DNA from: Welwitschia mirabilis
Lineage: Eukaryota
Length of the DNA: 42,389 nt
Direction of reading: 5' to 3'
NCBI GenBank assembly: GCA_051453625.1
Contig: JBOZIK010000001.1
Coordinates: 1,633,731 to 1,676,119 of the forward strand
The number at the start of each line of letters is the position of its first letter. Within the stretch, counting starts at the first letter, position 1. The notes beneath the pieces were generated by a model. The model ran no database searches, was not told the DNA's origin, and was given only the letters and a program-made list of their open reading frames with translations. Position numbers and translations under genes: made by a program. This document shows positions 12,560 through 27,000 of the stretch, in pieces.

Positions 12560-15500
12560 TATATAAATCACTTTGTTAGGCCTCCCTCTAAAAAAACCCT
12601 ACTATGATGTCAAAATTTGATATTAGTAAGGATATAGTTAAAGTAGTTAGGACTATATGAAAATATTCTTCATTGTTATGGCTCCCTTTAGTATTGGATC
12701 TACATACTTTGGTACTAATTTATGGAGATGTGTTTCTCTCTCCTATTTAATGATTGTAAGCAAGTTAATATTAAGGTAGCTAATGATATTTATGAAGCAT
12801 ATTCCATTTCCCCCTTTTTTAGTTATTCTAGATATGAAGGGTCATAGGTCATATTTATGAAGGCTTTGTAGTATTCAAGAGATATGAGGAATTACTTTAG
12901 CTCATAGATATTAAGAATATAATCCCTCTAAATTTGTGTATAAGACATTTATTTTCTCAAATGAGAACCATATGCTTTAAGAGTTTTTAGAATATTAAAG
13001 ACTTACAATCAATTTATCTAAGAGTAAGATTTAAAATTTTAGTGTAGCAATTTAATTTTTACTATTTTTATCAAACTTTTAGTGTCTTTAAAGCTCTATT
13101 TATATGAGTCATTTGGGTATACCTTTGTTCTTGGGGTATTTTTGGATCTTAAACTTAAGAAAGATTAACTTCAAAGTTGATTTTTACTATTCTTTTAGAC
13201 AAGATCATCCTAGAAAAACCTATTACATATCTAACTCTACTTGATTAGTGATACCCTTATCATAACCTTGGCCCAATAAATTTAGTTATTTCAAGATTAA
13301 CTTAAAAATGAAGAAAGTGTTAGAAAGATTTGATATAAACATTAAATATATAGAAATAAATAATAGTAACATGTGTACATTAGAACCTTTAACATAGTGA
13401 TAAGGCTATATTAAAGGGGCATAAGTGTGCTCCTTATAAATCAACAAGCTTATAAATAATAAAAAATCTTTGAGTTACTTAGAAGAAGTGCCTAGTAAAA
13501 GGTTCTCTAAGTAAAATGTTAGTGACATTTAGGAAAATGAGTGAAATTTAAAGATATTAAGTGAATTTGTAATAAAAACCTAAGAAACCTTTAACAAAAT
13601 CAAAGATCCCTTCAATATTCTGAATACACCTAAAAGAGAGATAATAGTTCTACATGTAAAACTAAAAAGCTTTCTTTAGTGAAATTTTACTTTATAATAT
13701 AAAGATGCAATTTCCTTAGATATCTCAAATAAAAACATACAACATGACTTTTGTCACATTAAATATTCATGGGATTTTAAATTTCCTTTAAATATAGAAG
13801 GTTAAAAACTTTTTTTTTTTTTTTTGGTATTCCACTACAAAAGTTAAGTTATATATTTTCATATTGAGATATCTTTTAAAATTATTAAGAAAAATTTTCT
13901 ATATTTTCATACTCATCATGACCTATGAAATGGAGGGTATGTGATGTTTGTCCATGTGAGATAACCAAGCAATATCAATTAAATCATCTAGTTGAATAAT
14001 TTCTAGGAATCATTCTAAAGTGGAATCATATTAAACTAGGAATTACAAACCATTACACTCCTAATGATGTCTAGGAGAGAGCTAAGTTTTGAAAGGTTTC
14101 TTATTTACTATTTGAAATCATGTAAGCCATTTTAGGAGATTTTTGATATGATATAAAATGAAAAGGTTCAGTTAGTTAATCACATGGCACATTTTAGTCT
14201 AGCTAAACATAGATCTTAGTATCTATTAAAAGATCAATATAATCTAATAGAACATAACAAATAATTCCTAATCTGTAAAACTTAATGGCTTACTTAATGA
14301 AACTCTCAAAAAAGTAAAATTTTTATTATGTTAAGGTTGAATAAAGCCTATGTTACAAGAGATATTAGATTTGGGTTTAAAGGTATATACAACTTTAATA
14401 GTAGAGTAAAATCCTATTTAAATATCTTGGGTTACTAGTAAATCATGTGAAGTTCATATAAAGAAAATGAATATGATGCAAATAATAATCTTTTTTGTCT
14501 TTTTTTTGGATGAGTGTACTTTATCCAAATTATTAGGTTGATTTTGAAGATGACTTCTTAGCCCCTAACTAAATAAAACTATAGATCCTATTTCATTGAC
14601 ATGGTTTTTTTAATGTAAAAGACTATANNNNNNNNNNNNNNNNNNNNNNNNNNNNNNNNNNNAAAACTCATAACCTAAAAAGAGAACTAGTTAAATCAAG
14701 CTACTATGATAAATAATAATTCTTATAAGAATAAATTTATAAAGTGAATACAAATATGAGGTAGATCATGAAGTACCTAGTACAAAAGAGAATTTTAAAA
14801 CTTAAAAATTCATTCGCTAAGACATGGGAAAAAAGAATCTTCATATTTCCTTATCATTCTAAAAGGGAGAAAACTTAATGAATAAATTAAGATCATCTGG
14901 ACAAATGATAACTTTATTATTAATAAGAGATAAAGAGCTGAATTTTTTTATAAATCAAGTCTAAAGGCTTTTTAATGATTGGCTATTAATGTTAATGTTT
15001 TATATTAATTGTTACTTCTTATTCAAGTCTATCATTAAGATGTCTTTGAATGGTTAAATGTTCTTAGCAAAGAAAAAATAGATATATTATCTTTAAGCTT
15101 CTAAAGAATAAAAAGACTCTTAAGGGAGACATCTTTTTTAAAGAGAATGTTTTAAAAAGATATGGGATATCATCATAAATGATATTTACTATTTCTACTT
15201 AGATAGCATTAGGAAAGGATTGTTGTGGATGATCTAATGAAATTATTACTAAGTTAATTCCTAACATTAGTGACTTAGATAGGATAAGCAATTAGAGGTT
15301 GATAATGATTTTTAAAATTATTTTAATACTATCATGAAAGTTATGGGTACTAAGATAAAATTGCACCTACCATATGTTATTTCTTTGAAATACACTAGTT
15401 TCATGAATGACTGCTACTTTAAGAAAATGTATTTTTAATATTTAAGGGTATTAACTAAAATATAGATTCTAGTAATGATTCTTTTCCATTAAATCTAGAC

Positions 15501-17507
15501 TCTTAGAATTCATACAAACAAGTTAACTAGACATATCTTCTTATAATTTTAGAGAAATGGAACTAGGTAATCCCTTTTCTAAACATGTCATAATGCTAAT
15601 ATTTGATGAATCCTTTAGAATAGTGATTAATAAGAATATGTTTAAGTCCTTCAACTTGAAGTGTTCGAGAAGACAAGGGTGACCTGTATCCCCATATTTA
15701 TTTATTATAGCAAATATAGAATTTATAAGGCTTAATATATACTAATGTAAAAACATTTTAATATCTAATAATAAGAAAAAGTTACATAATAACTTTAAAT
15801 TAGTTGTAGTGGTAATCACTAGTTTGTAAAACACTAAATGTAGAAAAGTATTTTATACTAAGGATGTTATCTTCTATATGATTAAATTTGATACTATATA
15901 TTTCATATTTATAAATCTCATGGTATAATTATAAATGATTTGAATACAATACAACTAGGCATGAAATCCTTACTGGATCTTTTGCATGCCCCTCAGTCAT
16001 TGATGCCTTTAATTACTATCTTAACCCTTGATGTGAGGGAGGATCCTACTAATTTCGGAGAAGAGAGAACTAAGGAACACTTTCATAGATATGTTATGAT
16101 GCTAATGTTTGATGCATCCTTTATGGTAATAGTTAATGGGCACATGTATAAGTCCTTTAATCTGTAGTATTTGTTAAGACAACGATAACCTCTAGTATAA
16201 TTTTTTTTTTATTATAGCGATGATAGGACTTACTTATCTATTTAAAGATGCTATGATTAATAAGCACTTAATGGGGATGCAACTCCTAATATCAAACTTA
16301 GAGAGTATAATTAGCCAATATGTTGATGATTATTTTTAATTCTTTAAAAAACATAATATAACGTGAACATGGTGTAAGGATTAAATTTACACTAATAAAA
16401 TGTTTTAGGATATACAATCAATCAAAATAAATCCAATGCTTATAAAATTTCATGTCCATATCGTTATAGCTAGAATTGACCTCATAGCAAAATGAACATA
16501 TTAGGAATCAAATCAACCTTAGTTGATATAGGTAATTATGTGTGGAATAATAGGTCACAACATTTTAAGAATAAGCTAGATAAGTTTAGAAAATATATGT
16601 TATCCCTAGTTTGAAGGCTTATAATAGTTAAACACATCATTTATGTAATCTTAGTTTATGAGGTCTTCTTGCTTACTTCATCTAAAAAACATGATATAAA
16701 AATAAATAAGTACATTACCCACTTTTGCTAGGGAATAGATGTTGATAAAAGACCCTTTTATAAAGTATTCTAGATTTATATAAATAAGGTATGCATCTAG
16801 CTATTAAGTAAATGATTAGAGAAATTAAGAGTAATGAAGAACAAAATGAGTTACTATAATTATTTATCATCTAATATATTTAAAAAAGTGATTTATAAAT
16901 GTATGATCCTAGAGAATGTATCTATAGGTCATTTTCAAGCAAGTTCAAATAGATTCATGATGACTTAATAAAATTTGAAAACACTAGAAAAATATTGATT
17001 AATACATGGATTAGGAACTTATAATATTTTCAGAGAGATAAATGAAATACTGTAGATTATATGGGATTCTAATGAAACTTAAGAGAGAGGTTACCTCCAA
17101 AATCCTAAAACAACTTTAATGTAAAGATATTATTAGACTGAGTGATTTGTTAAAAGGTGGTAATATCATTGAAGACTTTTATTCTTTATAAATTAAATGG
17201 AATCTACAAGGAAGTATAGCTGGGACCCTTAGGAGAAGCTGGGATAGATAAAAGGACGTGCTTACATTATGAAAAGAGGTTTTTATCTTGGGAAAAAAAA
17301 GTGAAATTGGGATAAAAACATTAATGGTGAAAGAGTGTAAAAATGTTAATAGGAATTTTATTATATCTTTCTGTAAGAACATTAATTATTAAATGTACCT
17401 ACAAATAGAATTAACATCAACTTTATCATTAAATTTACTCTCCCCTAAAGTGTAATAACTTGTTGTTCTTTTCTTTTATAAGGCTATTAATTAGAGAAAA
17501 ACTTAGT
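12560..17507 (+). mobile_element. Degenerate L1-type LINE (possible ORF1 relic, AP endonuclease, RT), 5' part
   Basis: Endonuclease relics: KNLRNL ~13575, IIVLH ~13640, LGDF ~14132, RLNKAYV ~14335. RT relics: LNLDS*NSYKQVN* ~15490, RQG*PVSPYLFIIA ~15670, ISQYVDD ~16310. ORF1 and the 5' boundary are uncertain. Confidence 0.8.
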
Positions 17508-18009
17508 TATTGGAATTAGATGCATGAAACCAAAATTTAATAAATTAATAAAATCATTTAATAACTAAATAATTAATAACTAAATAGTATTATAATAATT
17601 ATTTTATTACAAAATGAATAGTATGTAATATTATGCTTAAATTATGTAGGTGATTTGTCATCATTTAATAATTATCAATTAATAACTAAACATTACAAAT
17701 AATTATTTCATCACATAATTAATAGTGCATAACATTATGCTTTGTTTACATGGGTTATTTATGGATGAATCACATGCTTAAATCTTTTTCTTAGGTTTGT
17801 GTGATTTCAAAGTATTTTATCACATTTTTTCTAACTTTAGAAAGTTTTTATTCTTTTAATGTAGTACTTGAAATGAATGATCTTTGTGTACATACTATTT
17901 TAAAAAGTAGAAAGGTTTATGTCCTTTAGCTATAAAATGAAATATGCAGCTTTATTTTTTTATCAACTAAGTTAACAATTATTAAATTAATTATGATAAC
18001 TTGCTAGCA
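17508..18009 (-). repeat. 3' LTR of the minus-strand copia (~500 bp)
   Basis: Minus strand starts TGCTAGCAA after the PPT AAAGGGGAG (18018-18010) and ends AATTCCAATA (CA>TA). 17690-18009 aligns with 35965-36282. Confidence 0.85.
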
Positions 18010-18449
18010 CTCCCCTTTAATTTTAACTTTGTTTGCTAATTAAACTTATTTTGAAAATTTTGGACTTATCTAGATTATTTTATCTCCTTTTTCTTATTTT
18101 TCTTCATTGTATTTAGTGTATTCATAATCATTTTATTTTCAGCTTTTAATTTTAGAAATTAATAGGAAGGTAAATCTAAAGAAAAAGAAAACTATTACTT
18201 CTAGTTTTTAAGTATCTTATTTTGAAAGGTATTTCATTTAATGGCTAGCCATTTTATTACTTCATTTTTCTTCAATACTTTAGTTTTGAGGTTGTTTTTT
18301 AAACTCATAAATAATTTCTTTGGTACTTAATATTATTTCTTATAGGAAGATAACTTATCACTTGAAGTATTTGTTTTGTGTTAAGGGTTTATTTCATTCA
18401 TTAAATGACATTTATGAGATACAAATAAAAAATTTTTTACAAGACAAAA

Positions 18450-19044
18450 TCTATGATACAAAAAAATTTACATATAGCACTTAAAGAATTACTTCATTTC
18501 TATTTCAAGATCTTCTCCTCTAGCTTTCTTAGGTCCTTAGGTACTAGTTTAACTACTTCTCTACTAGCTTCTTTTGGTTGCATAAGTTGCTTCAGTTAGG
18601 AGATATTACTTGTTTAAGAACTTGATTTGATCCTTCATGATGATTTTTAATTTGAGTAGGAAACTTATTAATAGCATTTCATGCTTTATTGATTTCTTTG
18701 GTTATTTTATTTCCTTCATGCAACATATATGTCTTCTCCCCATTAACTTAAACAAGGTAAGCTTGTGTTTCATTAAACTGCTTTTGAAGTTCCTTAATAT
18801 TGCTCTTTCTTTTTGTTAGCTTTTAGTCTTGACTATTATGGTCATTTCAAACATTTCCAACTTTTGAAAGAATTTGATTTAGAATTCTTATTTTTCCATT
18901 TTCACATTATTGATTTCTTCTTTAAGATTTTCATTTTATTTCTTTAAAATTGTACTATTAAATTCTTTCAACTTTGCCTTAATGGCCTCTTTTATTTTAA
19001 TCCTTATTATTTCATAAGCATAATATAGAGTTACGTAGATTTAT
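18450..19044 (-). pseudogene. C-terminal coiled-coil part of an extra ORF of the copia
   Basis: Minus frame reads IKEAIKAKLKEFNSTILKK*NENLKEEINNVKMEK*..SNIKELQKQFNETQAYLV, a K/E/Q-rich heptad-like sequence with stops. Confidence 0.5.
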
Positions 19045-22000
19045 TATCAAATTCAAATTTTTCAAGGTTTAAATATTTACCCAAATAGTTAAATAAAAAC
19101 TAAATAAAAATAATTCTTATCTAGTAGGACCTGCTAAACTGATTCAACTACTATATTCTTTATTTATTAGCATATTATTATTATTTTAGGTGTAATTCTT
19201 TACTTTGTGAAAACTTTTTATGCTATATTTATTATTTATAATGCTTTTTTTTCTTGTAATTATTATAATTACTAATATTATTTTGTATACTTTTTTCTTG
19301 TTTATTTAATGATATTCTTTTAGTGGCTAAATTAATGGTTATATAAATATTATTTTATTTCTTTTGTAATTATTGTATTTAATATATTATGATTAGTATA
19401 TTTATTTATTTTAATGCATACCAAATATTCTTGTAACATCTATAATTATTAAGATGCATTTTGTTAGCTTACATTATAATTTTATCTTAGTAGGGCATAC
19501 TAAACTAATAGCCATAATTATGATGTTGCATTTTCACTTATTAGTAGTTAATATGTACTCATTATGGTGAAATGTTAATAAGTGGAAAATATTATCTTAA
19601 TGTTTCTNNNNNNNNNNCTATTGAAATTACTTGCTAAATGTCTTATCTTAATTCTTTTCTTAATTGCAAGTAGTGACATGTTTTCAAAATATTATCATTT
19701 TCCTTTGGATGTCTTATTTGAGTAAATACTAATGACTCTTTGTCTTCTTTAAAAATAGTGGGATTCCATGTAATTGAGCTTTTTCTTCTTTATACTTATT
19801 TTAAACAAGGCCAAGAACTTGTTGGATAATGTAAATTATATATTGATGATGAAGTCATCTTTTTCATAGCTATTATTTAATCATTATTGGTAAAATATTT
19901 TTTGCATGTTGAGAATTTACTATTAGTATGNNNNNNNNNNACCAAGTGGTCATGCGAAGTAATGATTAAGGGTTATAAAATCATAATCATTTTTTAAAGA
20001 ATAGTAGTGGCTTGTATGTATCCCTTAAAATTTTCAATATATTTTGAATCCCTTCATTTCACTATAAATAGAATCTTTCTTCTTCTTATTATTATTCTTT
20101 TGAAGATCTTTTAGCTTTGAAATATTAGAGACCTTCTACCTTAGAGCCTTGGAAACTTTAGAATGTTTGGAATCTTGGAGTCTTTAGAATGTGAACATAG
20201 CAATCTAAAAGGTTGAGGAACTTTAGTTTGAAACATGGATATGGTTCTAGATTTCTTTCTATTTCTTGGATGGTCCTATCTTTCTCTTGAATCTTGTATG
20301 TTCTAGATTTATTATATATCTCATATGATTTTTATGACTTTTATATCTCTTACATGGTTCTAATGTTATTTTCATTTTAGTTATGATTTCATTATCATTT
20401 ATATGATCCTATAAAATTTCATTATTTTATGATCTAAAGANNNNNNNNNNNNNNNNNNNNNNNNNNNNNNNNNNNNNNNNNNNNNNNNNNNNNNNNNNNN
20501 NNNNNNNNNNNNNNNNNNNNNNNNNNNNNNNNNNNNNNNNATATTCTTATTTTCTTATTAAAATATTATGTTTTCTTAGAATTCTTATAAATTTATGAAA
20601 TATCCTTTTTATTTTTATAGGTTTAAAATATTTTATAAAAACTTTCCATATATTCAAATATTATTCTTGCATCAATCTAGTTTTTTATGAAAATTTTTGA
20701 TGCTTGAAAAGTAAACTTGTGAAAGTAAATCTTGCCATTTCTTAAGATATCTTTAAAACTACAAATATTGTTATGAGAATGAAAGCTTCATAGATTATCA
20801 AATAAGGCAATCGAATACGAAAAACCATAAATCATTGAATAAGACAATGTAATTGATAATTCATAGATCACTGAATGAGGCAATGGAAAGATAAAATTGC
20901 AGATTACTAAATCACGTAGTGAGGATGATAATCCATAGATCACTAAATAATGTAGTATAAAAATAAAAAATAAAAACACAGATCGTCGAATGAGGTAATG
21001 GTAAATTGCATGATGAAACTAGTTGATCTCATTTCTGTTCCCATGAAAATCTAATGCTTAACTATTTANNNNNNNNNNNNNNNNNNNNNNNNNNNNNNNN
21101 NNNNNNNNNNNNNNNNNNNNNNNNTTTATCTTTATCTTTACCTTTCCAAGGCGATATTGAAAACTGATATTATTTCATGATTGTCATACCATATTGTTTG
21201 TGTAGGTTTAAATGCAAGTATGAATTTTGGCCATTAATGAAGAAGTGCTTACTGCTATTGTCTTAAGCTATTTACCTATTTATGATTTACATATTTACAG
21301 TTTTCATTAAGATTGGATTTGTCAATAATCTCTTATGTTTTAACTTGTAAAGTTGTTTTATGATTATTGAAAGTTTTCTATGGCACTTATGTAAACATTC
21401 TAACTTTCTATTAGCTTGTTAATTTATTTTATAATAGATTTTAGATCAAGTTCAATGGTTAATGATGTGATTATGGCTTTTTCTTCATCATGTTACTATC
21501 ATAATTACTATTTTAATAACTACTCCATAATTACTCTTGTAACAACTACTCCATAATAACTATTGTACCTATTAGTTTATAATTATTATAGATGAGAATT
21601 TCATATTTTTGTAGTATCCCAAGATTCATTAGAGTAATAATATTTTTTACAACATAATTTTTTAAAGGTGTTCTAAATGAGGTTGTTACTATTAATTATA
21701 GTTAACTTATGAGTTAATTTTTTAATGTTTCATTCAATATGTTTGTTAGGAATCCAAATTGAAGTAAAATATGTCTTACAGTTTTAGTCTTATTTTCTTA
21801 AAAACTTGACTTTATAAAGTAAGGGAAAGTAGCATTATATTGTATGAGGAACTCATATTGTATTAAAAGAACTGCTATATTTGATATTTGGAATAAAGAA
21901 AAAGCATTATTGATGTTGAGCATCTTATGTTTTTTGCCCCTTTATTTTTCTATTCTTACACTTTTTCTACTTTTATTCTCTGATTAATTTCTTGTTATAA

Positions 22001-22565
22001 CTCCTACAAGCTTAATTTCAATTTTAATGGAGAGTAATTTTGATGTATTTAAAGATGAAAAAATAGTTTTTCAATAGATGTATCCATTTCTAAATTGTTG
22101 GAGTTTCTTGTTTTAATATTTTTAGATTTCACAGTTATTTGTATAATCAAAAATAGCTTAAAACTTGACTTTCTCATGATTTTTTTGTAAATCTGAGTTT
22201 ATTTTATATTCTTCAAGGTCAAACCTAGGTGTTTTCAGTTAGAAAAATATTATTTTTTTCCCCAGATGTTTTAAAATGCTATTATCATTTAGTGCAATAA
22301 CAAAGAAAAATAGGCTATTTTAATTGCACGAATCCTGAGGTCTAGCTTATCTCAGTTACATTCCAAACAGAGATAATTTTAAAGTTGTGCATAAGCATGG
22401 CTAGTAATCTTGAATATCACATTAATATTTATCAATTCATTATTTTTAGGTCTAAAAAAATATGGATCAAAGCAACATTTAAGTTTTTTTGTGAACAACA
22501 TAGATTTCACATTTTAGTATCAAAGTAACATTTAAAGTTTTTGGCTGAAAAATGTGGAATTGACA
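19045..22565 (+). repeat. 5' LTR (~3.5 kb)
   Basis: TATCA...TGACA; aligns throughout with 24075-28800. Confidence 0.85.
20789..21001 (+). repeat. Minisatellite in the 5' LTR, 6 units of ~36 bp
   Basis: Core CATAGATCACTGAATGAGGCAATGG plus short variable A-rich linkers. Confidence 0.85.
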
Positions 22566-22568
22566 TTT

Positions 22569-22580
22569 TGGGATTAGAGC
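22569..22580 (+). promoter_or_regulatory. Primer-binding site (tRNA-iMet), degenerate
   Basis: TGGGATTAGAGC versus canonical TGGTATCAGAGC (10/12), 3 nt after the LTR end. Confidence 0.75.
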
Positions 22581-23719
22581 CTATGTTGTAATTTCATGGA
22601 AATTATTGTTGTTAAGCTATTATAAGTTTTAACATAGAAGTTTAGGTTGTAATTTATCTAGGCATAATTATTGTTAAGTTAATTGTATTAAATGTTACAT
22701 AGTAAAACCTCTTGCAATATCATATGAATTAAAGGACCATTTAGGCTAATTCATAAAATGTAATAGTTTAAATTTTTTTTTAAAAAAAAAACTTAAGCTT
22801 TTTGAAATCCTATTAATCCACTCTTGAAATTTTTGGATTTCCTAACAACATTTTTCCATAGTTACTTTGAAATTACTTAATTATATCTCCTATAAGCCCA
22901 CATTTTGAAATTCTCCTACATCTTATATATTAATTCTTATTAATATAATCATAACTATAAAACTACCCTTAGATTTTACAAATGAGTAGCCCATATTCTT
23001 TCACAATGACCATGGTTGACATTTCAACAATTCAATCATATGATCAAATTATATATCATTTTTACCATATTTTATTTTGTATTCATTCATATGATATTAG
23101 CTTACTTTATTCATATGATATTAGCTTACTTTACTTTTCACTTACATTTAATGAAACAATTAAGTTGATTTATTCAAATTTAACTTAAAACTCTTACTAC
23201 ATTTATAGCCATCTTAGAATTTGTATTTATTCTTATACGATTAAAATTAAATCCATAAAGAAAGGAAGATTTCTTTAAGATATTTAAAAGCAACTTTTAA
23301 GTGTTTCTTATTTTGTTAAAAAAGGACAAAACTATGGTATAAAATTTGAACTGTTTCCCTTATATTTACATTAATTCTATTATTTTCCATGATATTTTTA
23401 AATATTTTGAATTTTAATTTTTTTACTCTTCATTTATGTTAAATAATTATTAAATTCATAGTCACATTGATAATTTTCTTTATTTAAGTGATAGCAATAA
23501 ATTGTTTTTACCTTTGCTAAATGATCAAATTATAAAGCAACAAGTCACCCATTCTAAACATAAGTAATTACTAGAGATATTACCTTAAACCTTTGTTCAT
23601 TTAATTAGTGGGATCTTTGGAGCTATTACATTTATATTTACATTACTAGTTTTGTATTTATTTATACCTTTTTAATTTTAAGTTATGCCCTTAATATATA
23701 TTCATGAGAAAAGCCTTAG

Positions 23720-24074
23720 AGAATAACCTTCCTTAAATGGTAGGGGCTAATTTGAGTTAGATTCATTTAAATACTTTTTAAAAAATATAGATAGATGTCT
23801 AAGAAAAGGTATTTAATTCATGTTGACATTTCAATTTGAGAAGTGGACATTCAATTAGATGATACATTTGAAGTTTGACCAATTAAAATTTTGAATCAAG
23901 AGAAATTTATCCTTGAAAGAAGAAAAAATTCAAATTTATAAAGTATAATGTTTAAAAGTTTTGGGTGAGGAGGAGGGAGAAGATACTTACAAATATGAAA
24001 AAAAACATTTTATAATGGAAACCTAAGCTTTCTTTTTTAAATTTTGAGGATAAAAATTTTAAGGGATGGAGAAA
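23720..24074 (+). pseudogene. Integrase tail/chromodomain relic and PPT
   Basis: LDDTFEV*PIKILNQE....YKV* at ~23855-23948, then the Tekay-typical AATTTTGAGGATAAAAATTTTAAGGGATGGAGAAA abutting the LTR. Confidence 0.7.
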
Positions 24075-27000
24075 TATCACGTTTAGATTTTTTCAAGTTT
24101 TAAAGATTTAGCCAAATAGTTAAATAAAAATTAAATAAAAGTAATTTTTATTTAGCGAGACCTACTAAGTTGATTTAATTCCTAGGCTCTTTATCAATTC
24201 TTTATTTATTAGCATATTATTATTATTTTAGATTTTGTTCTTTACTTTGTGAAAACTTGTTGTGCTATAATTATTATTTTAAATGCCTTTTTATTTCTTG
24301 TAATCATTATAATTAATATATCATTTCTGTAGTCTTTCCTTGTTTATTTAATGATATTCTTTTAATGGCTAAGTTAGTAGTTATATAAATATTATTTTAT
24401 TTCTTTTTGTAACTATTGTATTTAATGTATTTTGATTAGTGTATTTCTTTATTTTAATGTAAATCAAATATTCTTATAACATCTATAATTACTAAGATGC
24501 ATTATGTTGGCTCATTTTTATATTTTATCTTAGTAATACATACTAAAGTAACACCCATAATTATGATCTTATATTTTCATTTTTTAATGGTTAATATGTA
24601 CTCATTATGATAAGAGTTTTATATGTGAAAAAATCTTATCTTATTGTTTCTATTAAAAGTGCTTAATAAATGTCTCATCTTGATTCTTTTCTTACTTTAA
24701 TTAGTGGCATGTTTTCAAAAAATTTGGTATTTTTGTTTCGATGGCTTATTTCAGTAAATATTAATGATTCTTAACTTCTATAAAAATAGTCAGATGCCAT
24801 GTGACTAAGCTTTTTTTCCTTGTACTTATTTTGGAAAATGCCAAGAACTTGTTGGATTATATAACTTATGTATTAATGATTAAGTCATCTTTTTCATAGA
24901 TATTATTTAATTATTATTGGTAAAATATTTTTTCCATATTGAGCATTTACTATTATTATGATGAAATATTAAATGTACCCAATGGCCAAGCAAAGTAATT
25001 ATTTTGGGTTAGGGAATCATAACCATTGTTCAAAGAATAGTAGGGGCTTGTATGTATCCATTGAAATTTCCAATATCTTTTGAACTCCTTTCTCTCATTA
25101 TAAATAGGATNNNNNNNNNNNNNNNNNNNNNNNNNNNNNNNNNNNNNNNNNNNNNNNNNNNNNNNNNNNNNNNNNNNNNNNNNNNNNNNNNNNNNNNNNN
25201 NNNNNNNNNNNNNNNNNNNNNNNNNNNNNNNNNNNNNNNNNNNNNNNNNNNNNNNNNNNNNNNNNNNNNNNNNNNNNNNNNNNNNNNNNNNNNNNNNNNN
25301 NNNNNNNNNNNNNNNNNNNNNNNNNNNNNNNNNNNNNNNNNNNNNNNNNNNNNNNNNNNNNNNNNNNNNNNNNNNNNNNNNNNNNNNNNNNNNNNNNNNN
25401 NNNNNNNNNNNNNNNNNNNNNNNNNNNNNNNNNNNNNNNNNNNNNNNNNNNNNNNNNNNNNNNNNNNNNNNNNNNNNNNNNNNNNNNNNNNNNNNNNNNN
25501 NNNNNNNNNNNNNNNNNNNNNNNNNNNNNNNNNNNNNNNNNNNNNNNNNNNNNNNNNNNNNNNNNNNNNNNNNNNNNNNNNNNNNNNNNNNNNNNNNNNN
25601 NNNNNNNNNNNNNNNNNNNNNNNNNNNNNNNNNNNNNNNNNNNNNNNNNNNNNNNNAGTTTTTAAACCTTGGGTTTAACAATCTTAAAGCGTGGGAAACT
25701 TTACTTCAAATCATGGGTATGGTCCTAGATTTTTCTTTATTCCTTTTATAGTCTTATGTATTTCTTAAATCTTGTATGTTCTAGATTTCTTATATATATC
25801 TCATATTATTCTTATTATTTTTTGTATCTCTTATATGGTTTTAGTATTACTTTCATTTTAGTTATGATTCCATTATCATTTATATGATCTTGCAATCTTG
25901 AATTCTTTTACAATCTAAAGAGATTCTTATTTTATTATCAAAATCTTATGTTTTCTTGGAATTCTTGTAAATTTCTTAAATGTCCTTCTTACCTCTATTA
26001 ATTTAAAATCATTTTGTGAAATATATTTTATATGTTTAAAGATTACTCTGGCGTAAATCTTATTTCTTCTAAAAAGTCTTGATGCTTGTGAAAGTAAATC
26101 TTGTCCTTTTTTAAGATATCTTTAAAACTTCAAATCTTGTTATGAAAATGATAGTGCCATAGATTGCCGAATGAGGTAGTGAAATATGGAAACTCATAAA
26201 TCACTGAATGAGGCAGTGGGATTGATAATAGATTGCTGAAAGAGGCAGTGGAAAGATAAAACCATAGATCAATGAATAAGGCGATGGGAATGATAATGTA
26301 TAGATCATCAAATGAGGCAGTGGAAAAATAAAAATGGAATCATAGATCACCAAATGAGGTAATGAAAATGATGATTCACAAATCACCAAATAAGCCAGTG
26401 GACTAATAAAAATCATAGATCGTCAAATGAGGAAGTGGTAAATTATATAATAAAACTAGTTAACCTTATTTCCATTTCCATGAAAATCTAATGCTTAATT
26501 ATTTAGAGTCTTTTTTCTTATTTAATCTTAATTTATCTTGTATTTCATGGTNNNNNNNNNNNNNNNNNNNNNNNNNNNNNNNNNNNNNNNNNNNNNNNNN
26601 NNNNNNNNNNNNNNNNNNNNNNNNNNNNNNNNNNNNNNNNNNNNNNNNNNNNNNNNNNNNNNNNNNNNNNNNNNNNNNNNNNNNNNNNNNNNNNNNNNNN
26701 NNNNNNNNNNNNNNNNNNNNNNNNNNNNNNNNNNNNNNNNNNNNNNNNNNNNNNNNNNNNNNNNNNNNNNNNNNNNNNNNNNNNNNNNNNNNNNNNNNNN
26801 NNNNNNNNNNNNNNNNNNNNNNNNNNNNNNNNNNNNNNNNNNNNNNNNNNNNNNNNNNNNNNNNNNNNNNNNNNNNNNNNNNNNNNNNNNNNNNNNNNNN
26901 NNNNNNNNNNNNNNNNNNNNNNNNNNNNNNNNNNNNNNNNNNNNNNNNNNNNNNNNNNNNNNNNNNNNNNNNNNNNNNNNNNNNNNNNNNNNNNNNNNNN

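Noticed and set aside
26158-26438. CRISPR-like repeat/spacer look
   Set aside because: The repeats are degenerate, the linkers are short and mutually similar, there are no cas genes, and it lies within a eukaryotic LTR.
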